Both the position numbers and the translations under genes were made by a program. A stretch of 32,000 nucleotides of DNA. Origin: Caedibacter taeniospiralis. Its GTDB lineage: Bacteria; Pseudomonadota; Gammaproteobacteria; Francisellales; Francisellaceae. Below, one piece after another: positions 1 through 8,725 of the stretch (its first letter is position 1; each line of letters opens with the position of its first letter). The notes beneath the pieces are model-generated. The model searched no databases. It was not told the DNA's origin and saw nothing but the letters and a program-made list of their open reading frames with translations. Location of the stretch: NCBI RefSeq assembly GCF_002803295.2, contig NZ_PGGB02000011.1, positions 77 to 32,076 of the forward strand, in the 5' to 3' direction.

Positions 1-108
1 CTTAATGAGCATTTATTTGAAGGTCCCTATTTCTCTTTTACCCTGCCATTTCGTAAAACGGAGGATGATGGCAAGGGCAAAAAGCCTGAGCTTTTTTTGG
101 TTGAATGA
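1..108 (+). CDS. C-terminal end of an unidentified protein truncated by the window edge (possibly a sensor histidine kinase)
   Basis: Frame 1 reads LNEHLFEGPYFSFTLPFRKTEDDGKGKKPELFLVE*. The GxxFxFTLPF motif resembles HATPase_c C-termini, but only 35 residues are visible. Confidence 0.3.
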   Translation, partial: LNEHLFEGPYFSFTLPFRKTEDDGKGKKPELFLVE

Positions 109-265
109 TTATTCAATTAAAACCGTCAATTCGAGGAAAATTTCGCATGGGACTCGTCACTATTTCAGGAACTGACCACACTCCTCCGCAAGCATCCCAG
201 CTGAATGCGTTAAGGAATGAGATCATTTTTGATCATCAGGTGCTTTTAGAGGAACACTAATAAAG

Positions 266-943
266 ATGTGCACTTATGAAAATGTTATTTTTGATTTTGA
301 CTCGACCTTGATTGCTTTTGAGTCTTTAGAATTGGTGATGGCTGATTTACTTCAAGGTGATCAGCACAAAATCCAGCAGCTTGAGATACTGACAAATGCA
401 GGAATGAATGGTGAGATAGGTTTTCGCGAGAGTCTGGAAGCCCGTTTAAGTATTGTTAAACCATCATGTCAAGCACTACACGCCTTTGTTGCACAATATT
501 GCCCTGGTGCGTTTACTATTGGCGTAGAAAAGCTAATTCAAAAACTGCACGCTAATGGTGTGAAAGTGTGGATTATTAGCGGTGGATTTAGGGAACTTAT
601 TTTGCCATTTGCTCAAGTGCTGAATATCCCATCAGCACAGGTATGCGCAGTGAATTTAAATTGGAATGAAAACGGACAGTTTGAAAGCCTTAATAATGAC
701 AATGGATTTTGTGATTCTAAAGTAATGGGGGTACAGAGAATCAGGGAGCAGCTACAAGGACAGACGCTTATTGTTGGTGATGGTTTCACTGATTATGAGC
801 TTTTTAGAGAAGGCATTGCCCATCAGTTTATTGCTTATACAGAACACGTTTCCCGCCAACAGGTTCTGGATGTTGCCCCATTTTATGCGCAAAATATAAC
901 TGAGTTATCCAATTTGATCTACCCTGAAAACCCACGTTTTTGA
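266..943 (+). CDS. HAD-IB family phosphatase, phosphoserine phosphatase (SerB)-like
   Basis: 225 aa ORF with HAD motifs: FDFDSTL (motif I), WIISGG (motif II), GDGFTDYEL (motif IV). Confidence 0.8.
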   Translation: MCTYENVIFDFDSTLIAFESLELVMADLLQGDQHKIQQLEILTNAGMNGEIGFRESLEARLSIVKPSCQALHAFVAQYCPGAFTIGVEKLIQKLHANGVKVWIISGGFRELILPFAQVLNIPSAQVCAVNLNWNENGQFESLNNDNGFCDSKVMGVQRIREQLQGQTLIVGDGFTDYELFREGIAHQFIAYTEHVSRQQVLDVAPFYAQNITELSNLIYPENPRF

Positions 944-1029
944 TCTCTCCCGCTTTAAGATAGCAGTTTAAGGCTATCAGTAATTTATGCTAAACTAGTC
1001 CAACTTTAAAATATAACCATTTTTTGAGC

Positions 1030-1545
1030 ATGGCAAAATTAACCGTACTAAAGTATCCACATCCCTTTTTAAAGCAAAAAGCCAATCCTGTTGCCACCGA
1101 GGCAATTAACGATGATTTACGTCAACTGATTGCAGATATGTTTGAGACAATGTATGCCGAGCATGGTGGGGGGCTTGCTGCTACGCAAGTGGGTTTAAAC
1201 ATGCGCTTGTTTATTATGGATGGCTCGGAGAATAAAGATCAGAAATTTGTTGCCATTAATCCTAAGATTATTGAGCGCAAGGGTGAAGTCGATGATGAGG
1301 AAGGCTGCCTGTCCTTTCCTGGCGTCTCGGCTAAGGTTAAGCGCTCAGAATGGGTAAAAATGTCCGCCGTGAATGAATTTGGCGAAGCCTACGAAATGGA
1401 GTGTGATGGCTACCATGGACGTTGTATTCAGCATGAAATTGATCACCTGGATGGTGTTACTTATTTTGACCATTTATCGCCACTTAAACGTAAGATGATT
1501 GAGAAAAAATATAAGAAGCTTATGCAGGAAAATGAAGGCAGTTAA
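1030..1545 (+). CDS. def: Peptide deformylase
   Basis: Canonical motifs GGGLAATQVG, EEGCLS and HEIDHLDG. The track starts at a TTG (1024); ATG at 1030 (MAKLTVLKYPH) is the likelier start. Confidence 0.95.
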   Translation: MAKLTVLKYPHPFLKQKANPVATEAINDDLRQLIADMFETMYAEHGGGLAATQVGLNMRLFIMDGSENKDQKFVAINPKIIERKGEVDDEEGCLSFPGVSAKVKRSEWVKMSAVNEFGEAYEMECDGYHGRCIQHEIDHLDGVTYFDHLSPLKRKMIEKKYKKLMQENEGS

Positions 1546-1550
1546 AAAAA

Positions 1551-2375
1551 ATGAACTTAATACTTTCCGAGTTAGGCAAAAAATCGCAGTACAAAAGCGA
1601 GTATGATCGAGACTTACTGTTTCCAATCCCTCGAGCTGTCAAGCGCGAAGAATTAGGGATTGTGGGTAAACCCCTGTTTCAGGGCACGGACATCTGGACG
1701 GCATTTGAAATATCCTGGCTTAATAGCAGAGGTAAGCCTGAAGTGCGTATTGGCGTATTTGAAATTGACGCTTTATCAGAATTCTTAATTGAATCAAAAA
1801 GCTTTAAATTGTATCTTAACTCCTTTAATAGTACGCGCTTTACAAGCGATGACGAGGTTGCCACGATCATGCAGCGTGATTTGTCTAAAGCAGTCATGGG
1901 TGACGTGCGCGTTCAGCTATATCAGCTCAAAGAATATCCCACGATCATTTCCAATCAATTTGACGCTGAATCGATTGATGGACTGGATATTGAAATTACA
2001 GAATATATAGCAAATCCACGATTCTTAAAGGCAGATCATAGCATTCAAGTGCACGAGATATTGAGCAGTGACTTACTCAAATCCAATTGTCTGGTTACTT
2101 TTCAGCCTGACTGGGGCAGTGTTCTGATTGATTATACAGGAGGGAAAATCGATCAGGAGGGGTTGCTTAAATACCTTATTTCCTTTCGTGATCACAATGA
2201 ATTTCATGAACAATGCGTTGAGCGCATCCATAGCGACATCATGCAATATTGCCAACCAGACAAGCTTTGTGTTTATGCACGCTATACACGTCGTGGAGGA
2301 TTGGATATCAATCCTATTCGCGCTAACTATGCTTACGATCCTAAGCACAAAAAAATTCGTTTGGCGAGACAGTAA
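1551..2375 (+). CDS. queF: NADPH-dependent 7-cyano-7-deazaguanine reductase (long QueF form)
   Basis: 274 aa ORF with SFKLYLNSFN, HEFHEQCVERIHSDI and CVYARYTRRGGLDINP, characteristic of QueF. Confidence 0.95.
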   Translation: MNLILSELGKKSQYKSEYDRDLLFPIPRAVKREELGIVGKPLFQGTDIWTAFEISWLNSRGKPEVRIGVFEIDALSEFLIESKSFKLYLNSFNSTRFTSDDEVATIMQRDLSKAVMGDVRVQLYQLKEYPTIISNQFDAESIDGLDIEITEYIANPRFLKADHSIQVHEILSSDLLKSNCLVTFQPDWGSVLIDYTGGKIDQEGLLKYLISFRDHNEFHEQCVERIHSDIMQYCQPDKLCVYARYTRRGGLDINPIRANYAYDPKHKKIRLARQ

Positions 2376-2417
2376 GTAAGTTCGCGCCCTACTCCGTCTA
2401 TTTTCAATACGAATCAA

Positions 2418-2446
2418 AGTTGAATTAATGGCATTAACCTTCAACT
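2418..2446 (+). terminator. Possible intrinsic terminator or inverted repeat downstream of queF
   Basis: AGTTGAATTAATG-G-CATTAA-CC-TTCAACT forms an imperfect stem, followed shortly by a T-rich stretch (cttttaattt). The stem is AT-rich, so termination is uncertain. Confidence 0.3.
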
Positions 2447-2540
2447 AACTTTTAATTTCTAACGAATGACTGCTTGACTTAAGAGTCAAAAATTCAGACA
2501 CTCTAAAGCTTATCTGCAACAACACTTTTCATAATGCACT

Positions 2541-3131
2541 ATGTTTGTTTTAATGCTCATCATTAGCTACTTATTTGGCTCGATTAACAGCGCCATTATC
2601 ATCTGTAAATTATTTGCTCTTCCCTCTCCTAGAAGCGTTGGCTCAGGCAATCCAGGAGCAACGAACGTTCTACGCTTAGGTGGCAAAAAAGCCGCAGCAA
2701 TTACCCTTTTGAGTGACGTCATCAAAGGGCTGATCCCTGTGCTTATTGCGCACTTGTTACAGCTTAGCTCAGTTGAAATTGGCTATGTGGCAGTTGCGGC
2801 AGTTATCGGTCATATATTTCCACTATTCTTTGGCTTTAAGGGTGGAAAAGGAGTGGCGACATTAATCGGTGTGATCCTGGGATTTTATTGGCTTATCGGT
2901 GTTATCTTCTTAATTGCGTGGCTCATATGTGCAGCTATCAGTAGATATTCTTCGCTATCAGCGCTTATCGCCACCGTTGTTTCTGCCACCTGTATCATAT
3001 TCCTGTATGATTTTGGAACAGCATTGCCATTTTTAATCATCGCGATGATCGTTATTATTCGCCATCACGAGAATATCAAGCGTCTTATCAATGGTAGCGA
3101 AAGCAAGATAGGGCAGAAAAAACATGCCTGA
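2541..3131 (+). CDS. plsY: Glycerol-3-phosphate acyltransferase PlsY
   Basis: Multi-TM ORF with GSINSAIIICK, GSGNPGATNVLR and GFKGGKGVAT motifs. Confidence 0.95.
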   Translation: MFVLMLIISYLFGSINSAIIICKLFALPSPRSVGSGNPGATNVLRLGGKKAAAITLLSDVIKGLIPVLIAHLLQLSSVEIGYVAVAAVIGHIFPLFFGFKGGKGVATLIGVILGFYWLIGVIFLIAWLICAAISRYSSLSALIATVVSATCIIFLYDFGTALPFLIIAMIVIIRHHENIKRLINGSESKIGQKKHA

Positions 3132-3960
3132 GCTACCCGAGGTTGAAACGATTAAAAACGGGTTAAGCCAGTACTGCTTAGACCGCCAGATTATTGCTGT
3201 CGCAATTAACTTCCCAAAACTGCGCTATCCTGTTGATCCTGAGATTGCACAAAAAATCATCTTACAGACGATCAAACACATCGATCGACGAGGAAAGTAT
3301 TTACTTATTTACCTTAATGACTATTCGCTCATTATCCATCTTGGAATGTCTGGCTCGCTGCAAATCGTTGATAGCGATCAATATCAAGCGCAAAGACACG
3401 ATCATATTGTTATTAGGCTAAGTGATCGGCAAACGCTTTTTTATCGTGATCCGCGGCGTTTTGGCTATTGGCATATAACTAACGATGATCCACTGAAGCA
3501 TCCTTGTTTTGTAAGCTACGGGGTCGAAGCCTTAAGTCAGGCATTTAATGAAAACCATCTCAAAACCATACTAAAAACAACTAATCGTGCCATAAAATCT
3601 TTGATAATGGATAACAAAGTCGTTGTTGGGATTGGTAATATCTACGCCTGTGAGAGTTTATTTAAAGCTAAAATTCACCCCTTAAGAGCAGGAAAATCAT
3701 TGTCTGATCAGGAAAACGAAACTCTCGTTAAGTCGATCAAAACCACTCTGTTGGAGGCTATAGAGCAAGGCGGAACCACTTTAAAAGATTATAAAAATGC
3801 CACGGGAAAACCTGGGTATTTTGCACAATCTCTGCAAGTCTATGGTCAAAAAGACAAACCATGCCAGGTCTGTAAAACGCCCATTGAATCGACCATCATT
3901 GGTCAAAGAAATACATTCTATTGCTCCCAGTGCCAGCCCCACAGAGGCATAACACTATGA
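3124..3960 (+). CDS. mutM: Formamidopyrimidine-DNA glycosylase
   Basis: MPELPEVETIK N-terminus; zinc finger CQVCKTPIESTIIGQRNTFYCSQCQ. Overlaps the plsY 3' end by 8 nt. Confidence 0.96.
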   Translation: MPELPEVETIKNGLSQYCLDRQIIAVAINFPKLRYPVDPEIAQKIILQTIKHIDRRGKYLLIYLNDYSLIIHLGMSGSLQIVDSDQYQAQRHDHIVIRLSDRQTLFYRDPRRFGYWHITNDDPLKHPCFVSYGVEALSQAFNENHLKTILKTTNRAIKSLIMDNKVVVGIGNIYACESLFKAKIHPLRAGKSLSDQENETLVKSIKTTLLEAIEQGGTTLKDYKNATGKPGYFAQSLQVYGQKDKPCQVCKTPIESTIIGQRNTFYCSQCQPHRGITL

Positions 3961-4949
3961 TCAAAGTCAATTACCTGGATGCGTTAAAAGCCATCAAACA
4001 ACAAGACTTTCCCTGCTACGTGGTCACAGGCAAGGAGCCTTATCAAAAAAATAAACTGATTGAGGCGATTAACCAAAAATACAAAGCGCAAAACTTCGAA
4101 ATTTTACGCGATCAAATCATTGCTCAACAATACGATTTCTTACAAAGCAACTTCAATAGCTTTAGTTTATTTTCTAAAGAGCGCTTATTGCAGCTTCATA
4201 TCAGCAAAGCCCCTGATAAAGATGCTCAAAAACTGCTAGTCGACTGTTTGAGCAATATCTCTGCAAACGATAGGTTTTTGCTTATTTTTGATGACTTAAC
4301 CAGCGCACAGCACAAAGCTAAATGGTTTCAATCGATTATTCAAAATGCCTTGTATGTTCAAGTATGGCCCGTGAACGTGTCCGAGGCAATTAGACTTATC
4401 AAGTTGGAGCTTTCCTCTTTGGCTAAGCCTGTTTCTTTAACGCCAGAAGCATTGATGTTACTTGCACAAAAAACTGAAGGTAATCTATTTGCAGCCAACC
4501 AGATTCTCACACTCCTGCAGCACCAGTCTCAATCCCACTTTGATGAAGTAAAGCTTGCTGAGTACCTAACTAATGCAATGAATTACGATGTGTTTGATCT
4601 TGGGCAAAGTTTGATCGAGCATAACCTTAAGCGCTCATTGGCAATATTACAGCATTTATTTAAAGAACAAGTTGATGCAGTGCTCGTTCTGTGGGCAATT
4701 TTAAAAGAAATTCGCATTTGCCTGACGCTTGCTACCCAAGATCCAGCAGCACAACAACAAACCTATATTCGCAATAATATATGGCAATCAAAGCAAAGTG
4801 CCTATCAGCGTTTGATGAAAAAATTCACCAAACAACACTATGCGCAATTTTTTAATCAGTGTTTTGCGATTGATTTAATCATAAAAGGCATTGAACCAGG
4901 AAATGTAGAACAGAGCTTAACTGAGCTTGTTGTACAATTTCACCAGTGA
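3957..4949 (+). CDS. holA: DNA polymerase III delta subunit
   Basis: HolA-like ORF (YVVTGKEPYQKNKLIEAI...; LLQLHISKAPDK; KTEGNLFAANQILTLL). ATG at 3957 overlaps the mutM stop as ATGA; the track start at 3921 lies upstream inside mutM. Confidence 0.85.
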   Translation: MIKVNYLDALKAIKQQDFPCYVVTGKEPYQKNKLIEAINQKYKAQNFEILRDQIIAQQYDFLQSNFNSFSLFSKERLLQLHISKAPDKDAQKLLVDCLSNISANDRFLLIFDDLTSAQHKAKWFQSIIQNALYVQVWPVNVSEAIRLIKLELSSLAKPVSLTPEALMLLAQKTEGNLFAANQILTLLQHQSQSHFDEVKLAEYLTNAMNYDVFDLGQSLIEHNLKRSLAILQHLFKEQVDAVLVLWAILKEIRICLTLATQDPAAQQQTYIRNNIWQSKQSAYQRLMKKFTKQHYAQFFNQCFAIDLIIKGIEPGNVEQSLTELVVQFHQ

Positions 4950-4981
4950 CTGCGCGTAAGTATTCAACAAAGAGAATTTGA

Positions 4982-5131
4982 AATGACCAGCCAAAAAAAC
5001 TCAACAAGCCAAAGTACGATGAATTTGTCAAATTCAACCTTACCAGTGACTTGATTGCCGAATGTACAGGTCTTGACATGGATACTGTCCTGAACTTACG
5101 AAAAGAAATCGCCGCCAGGACGCAGCACTAG
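4982..5131 (+). pseudogene. Possible 3' remnant of an Rpn / PD-(D/E)XK nuclease-family transposase gene
   Basis: Open frame without a plausible start: NDQPKKLNKPKYDEFVKFNLTSDLIAECTGLDMDTVLNLRKEIAARTQH*. The 'LIAECTGLDMDTVLNLRKE' segment resembles Rpn-family C-terminal tails (IaxxTGLsxxeIxxLr). Confidence 0.35.
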
Positions 5132-5156
5132 CGTTTCCATACATCACAGTGTCTCT

Positions 5157-5729
5157 TCAACAGCTTTGTGATCCCCCCTCTACATTCGACGTTATTCTGC
5201 CAATAATATTAATCACTATCGTTCTTATAAAGCGATTAACTCCCTGATCATCAACGACTGAGCAATAGCGCAAGGTCAATGCTGTTGCAGACAACCCATT
5301 TGGTCTAAAGCGAACATTAATGCCATTGCTACTTGAAATATAATCACCAGCTTCTGGCGCTTCAACTATCGATATTATGCGATCAACCTCGGTAGAATTC
5401 CCAGCTGAGCTTGTGAACAACAGCAAACGATTATTACCCCAGTTTGCCGCCGTTACTGTGGTATTACAGCTTGAACCATTTGCAGTTGGACATAGAAAAA
5501 CCGATATGGATTCCGACATTGCCGTTATTCTCCCAAGCTCCAACGCTGCGCGAACCCGATCCATATAAACTTCTGAGTTCGCACGACCAAAGCTTCCCAC
5601 CATTAGCGGCACAGCTATGGCTGCTGCAATAGCCAATATCATTAGTACAATCATTGCCTCAATAAGGCTAAATCCTGGGCTTTTACCTGCACTGTTTTGA
5701 TAATTTTTGCTATTTTTTCTCATCTTCAT
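5157..5729 (-). CDS. FimT/GspH-type prepilin-like (type IV pilus minor pseudopilin)
   Basis: Type III prepilin signal GFSLIEAMIVLMILAIAAAIAVP near the N-terminus; GspH-like body ending in NVEGGSQSC. Confidence 0.85.
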   Translation of the reverse strand: MKMRKNSKNYQNSAGKSPGFSLIEAMIVLMILAIAAAIAVPLMVGSFGRANSEVYMDRVRAALELGRITAMSESISVFLCPTANGSSCNTTVTAANWGNNRLLLFTSSAGNSTEVDRIISIVEAPEAGDYISSSNGINVRFRPNGLSATALTLRYCSVVDDQGVNRFIRTIVINIIGRITSNVEGGSQSC

Positions 5730-5775
5730 GTTGCAATTGACTCTATATTCCCTATAATGTGCCCTGTCTTTCGTC

Positions 5776-5851
5776 GGGTCGTTAGCTCAGTCGGTAGAGC
5801 AGCTGGCTTTTAACCAGTTGGTCGCAGGTTCGAATCCTGCACGACCCACCA
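5776..5851 (+). tRNA. tRNA-Lys (anticodon UUU)
   Basis: gggtcgttagctcagtcggtagagcagctggcttttaaccagttggtcgcaggttcgaatcctgcacgacccacca. Acceptor GGGTCGT/ACGACCC, D arm, anticodon loop CTTTTAA, T arm GCAGGTTCGAATCCTGC, encoded CCA. Confidence 0.97.
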
Positions 5852-5860
5852 TTTATTATT

Positions 5861-7159
5861 CTATTCCAAACCGCCAATGCGATTTTCAGTAACAAAAGCT
5901 TCAAACAATTCCACAGTTTTGTCTATATCTTCGTCACTATGCGCTATAGACATAAACCCTGCCTCAAAAGCCGATGGAGCGAAATATACACCATGGTCCA
6001 GCATGTAGTGAAAAAAGCGATTAAATTGCTCCAAGTCACAAGTTTTAACGTCATTGAAACTCAGAATATCTTGCGTTTGGGTAAAGAAAAGTCCAAACAT
6101 GCTACCAATCGCTTTGGCTACAAATGGAAATTTATGGCGTTTAGCGACTCTATTTAAGCCATCAATCAGTCGTCTGGTCTTTTGACTGATCGCATCGTAA
6201 AATCCTGGCTGAGAAATTTTCTCCAAAGTGGTTAATCCTGCAATCATCGCCACAGGATTACCCGAAAGTGTCCCTGCCTGATATACATTTCCAGAAGGTG
6301 CAATCATTTGCATAATTTCTTTTTTCCCACCAAAGGCACCAACTGGCATGCCACCACCAATGACTTTACCAAATGTTGTTAAATCCGGGGTAATGTGATA
6401 CAGATCTTGTGCTCCTGTTAATCCCACGCGGAATCCCGTCATCACTTCATCAAAAATAAGTAACGCACCATATTGATCGCATAAGTAACGTAAGCCCTGT
6501 AAAAAACCGTTGGATGGCTCTATTAAATTCATATTGCCTGCCACTGGCTCTAGAATGACGCACGCAATGTCATCAGGATAAGTTCTAAATAGATCAGTAA
6601 CACTTTCCAGATCATTAAATGAGGCAGTTAAGGTGTCTTTTACGGTACCTTTTGTTACCCCTGGCGAGTTCGGTAAACCGAGTGTCAAAGCCCCGGACCC
6701 TGCAGCAACCAGAAACTGATCGGCATGTCCATGATAGCATCCTGCGAATTTTATGATCTTATCACGCTTTGTATAGCCACGAGCTAAACGCACGGCACTC
6801 ATTGTGGCTTCTGTGCCTGAGCTTACAAAACGTACCAGATCAATACTACTGATCATGCTACATATTTTTTTTGCAAGCTTAATTTCAAGCTCAGAAGGCG
6901 CGCCATAACTTAAACCTGATTCAGTCTGATGTTGTACCGCTTTGATGACATCATCATCCGCGTGTCCCAAGATCATAGGACCCCATGAGCCAACGTAATC
7001 AATATATTTCTTACCATCGGCGTCATAAACGTAAGCCCCCTTGGCTTTAGCAATAAACCTGGGTGTGCCACCAACCCCTTTAAAAGCTCGCACGGGAGAA
7101 TTTACTCCGCCTGGAATATATTTTTGTGCTTCATTAAACAAGTTTTGTGAGTTTATCAT
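5861..7159 (-). CDS. hemL: Glutamate-1-semialdehyde 2,1-aminomutase
   Basis: 432 aa ORF: [55 protein letters not shown]. Confidence 0.97.
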   Translation of the reverse strand: MINSQNLFNEAQKYIPGGVNSPVRAFKGVGGTPRFIAKAKGAYVYDADGKKYIDYVGSWGPMILGHADDDVIKAVQHQTESGLSYGAPSELEIKLAKKICSMISSIDLVRFVSSGTEATMSAVRLARGYTKRDKIIKFAGCYHGHADQFLVAAGSGALTLGLPNSPGVTKGTVKDTLTASFNDLESVTDLFRTYPDDIACVILEPVAGNMNLIEPSNGFLQGLRYLCDQYGALLIFDEVMTGFRVGLTGAQDLYHITPDLTTFGKVIGGGMPVGAFGGKKEIMQMIAPSGNVYQAGTLSGNPVAMIAGLTTLEKISQPGFYDAISQKTRRLIDGLNRVAKRHKFPFVAKAIGSMFGLFFTQTQDILSFNDVKTCDLEQFNRFFHYMLDHGVYFAPSAFEAGFMSIAHSDEDIDKTVELFEAFVTENRIGGLE

Positions 7160-7165
7160 TGTCTA

Positions 7166-8122
7166 CTAACTCCTGTTGGTTATTCTATCTTCTACAACAT
7201 CCATTAATATATCGGTTGCATTGATTCCACTTTCATTATAAATCTGTTGAGCCATGGTTGGACTCGTTATATTAATTTCCGTTAAACGATTCCCAATGAC
7301 ATCAATACCTGCAAATAACACACCACTTTCTTTAAGATCTTTGCCGACGATAGCTGCTATTTCAAACTCTTCAGCAGTGAGCTTTCTAACAACTGGAGTC
7401 GCACCTCGTGCTAAGTTACCGCGACTGTCATCTTTACTTGGGATACGTGCAACCAAATACTCAAGCGGTTCACCATCAACAATTAAGATGCGCTTATCAC
7501 CCTCTTTAATGGCTGCCTGGTACTCTTGCACCATAATAAACCGAGATTCATATCTGGTAATCGTTTCCAGGATTACATTTTTATTTGGGTCATTCGGCTG
7601 AATGCGGAAAATAGACTCTCCTCCCATACCATCTAATGGTTTAACCACGACATCTTGATAGCGTTCAATAAAGTCTTTAATCACCTTAAATGAACGACTG
7701 ACCATAGTTTTTGGCGTAAGATTTGGGTAACGTGTGATCGAGAATTTCTCATTGGCATCACGCAGGGTTTGTGGCTTATTGATGATTAGCGCGCCTTGTT
7801 TTTCAGCTAACTCAAGGATGTAGGTAGCATAGACGAACTCCATATTAAATGGGGGATCTTTGCGCATAAAGATTGCGTCAAACTCACCGAGTTTCATCTT
7901 GTCTCCAGGGGTCAACTGATACCATTTGTTATGCTCTTTTGAACCAGTTAGTATCAACTCATAACCCTGTCCGTAAGCCACACCATCCTCAACAAAGATA
8001 TCCTGGAGCTCGAATACATACTGCTGCCATTCCTTCTTTGCCACTGACAGCATCATCATATAAGCCGTGTCTTTTTTGATGTTAAATGTATGTAATGGAT
8101 CAATAATAAATGCAACTTTCAT
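7166..8122 (-). CDS. gshB: Glutathione synthetase
   Basis: 318 aa ATP-grasp protein: MKVAFIIDPL, FMRKDPPFNMEFVYATY, NKPQTLRDANEKF, VVKPLDGMGGESIFR, EINITSPTMAQQI. Confidence 0.95.
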   Translation of the reverse strand: MKVAFIIDPLHTFNIKKDTAYMMMLSVAKKEWQQYVFELQDIFVEDGVAYGQGYELILTGSKEHNKWYQLTPGDKMKLGEFDAIFMRKDPPFNMEFVYATYILELAEKQGALIINKPQTLRDANEKFSITRYPNLTPKTMVSRSFKVIKDFIERYQDVVVKPLDGMGGESIFRIQPNDPNKNVILETITRYESRFIMVQEYQAAIKEGDKRILIVDGEPLEYLVARIPSKDDSRGNLARGATPVVRKLTAEEFEIAAIVGKDLKESGVLFAGIDVIGNRLTEINITSPTMAQQIYNESGINATDILMDVVEDRITNRS

Positions 8123-8236
8123 TTTTTCCCCTGGTTAAGCATAAACACTGACGCTTATTCTAACACCAACAGGCATTGATCAAAGAACTGATTACTAAAC
8201 TTTTATGAAACCATCCCCTGGCAAATACGGTAGGAT

Positions 8237-8581
8237 TTACACTGAAAAAGAAGAACCACAGCCGCAAGTGGTTTTGGCATTTGGATTACGAATAATAAAA
8301 TGCGCACCCTCAACATCTTCCTTGTAATCGATATCTGCACCAACAAGGTACTGAAAACTCATTGCATCCACCAGCAGGTAGACTCCCTGGTTCTCAAAAA
8401 TCATGTCATCTTCTTTTTGCGCTTCATCAAAGGTAAAGCCATACTGGAAACCAGAACAGCCACCACCTGTAATATATACGCGAAGTTTTAAATTATTACT
8501 CTCTTCTTCAGAAACGAGTTCTTTTACTTTTAAAGCAGCTGCATCAGTAAAATTCAGCGGTTGTACTTGTTGAACACTCAT
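8237..8581 (-). CDS. erpA: Iron-sulfur cluster insertion protein, A-type carrier
   Basis: [21 protein letters not shown] and C-terminal [11 protein letters not shown] with the three conserved cysteines. Confidence 0.93.
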   Translation of the reverse strand: MSVQQVQPLNFTDAAALKVKELVSEEESNNLKLRVYITGGGCSGFQYGFTFDEAQKEDDMIFENQGVYLLVDAMSFQYLVGADIDYKEDVEGAHFIIRNPNAKTTCGCGSSFSV

Positions 8582-8637
8582 CTTGCTTCCTTATTTTACT
8601 TTCTGGCTTTGACAAACTTACCACACACCTTTACAAA

Positions 8638-8669
8638 GGGCGTATGCAATGGGCGTATGCAATACGCCC
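8638..8669. repeat. Tandem 13-bp repeat with overlapping palindrome between pnp and erpA
   Basis: GGGCGTATGCAAT at 8638-8650 and again at 8651-8663. The second copy runs into ATACGCCC, giving the perfect stem GGGCGTAT-GCA-ATACGCCC (8651-8669). Confidence 0.85.
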
Positions 8670-8725
8670 CTACTCACTTAATGCGTTTCATGGGGCGAAG
8701 ACCTACTTTTTGTTTGTCATATTAC

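Noticed and set aside
1679-2379. Several alternative ORFs overlapping queF (1679..1897 -, 1789..2010 +, 2073..2444 -, 2128..2379 +)
   Set aside because: They shadow the intact queF gene. The + frame ones are out-of-frame translations and none shows recognisable motifs.
4942-5051. Direct repeat ACCAGTGACT at 4942-4951 and 5042-5051, exactly 100 bp apart
   Set aside because: A single 10-mer match is too short to distinguish from chance or to call a duplication scar.
4879-5079. Minus-strand 66 aa ORF at the holA 3' end
   Set aside because: It overlaps the holA C-terminus and has no motif. The opposite strand of the same gap gives a more protein-like frame (4982-5131).
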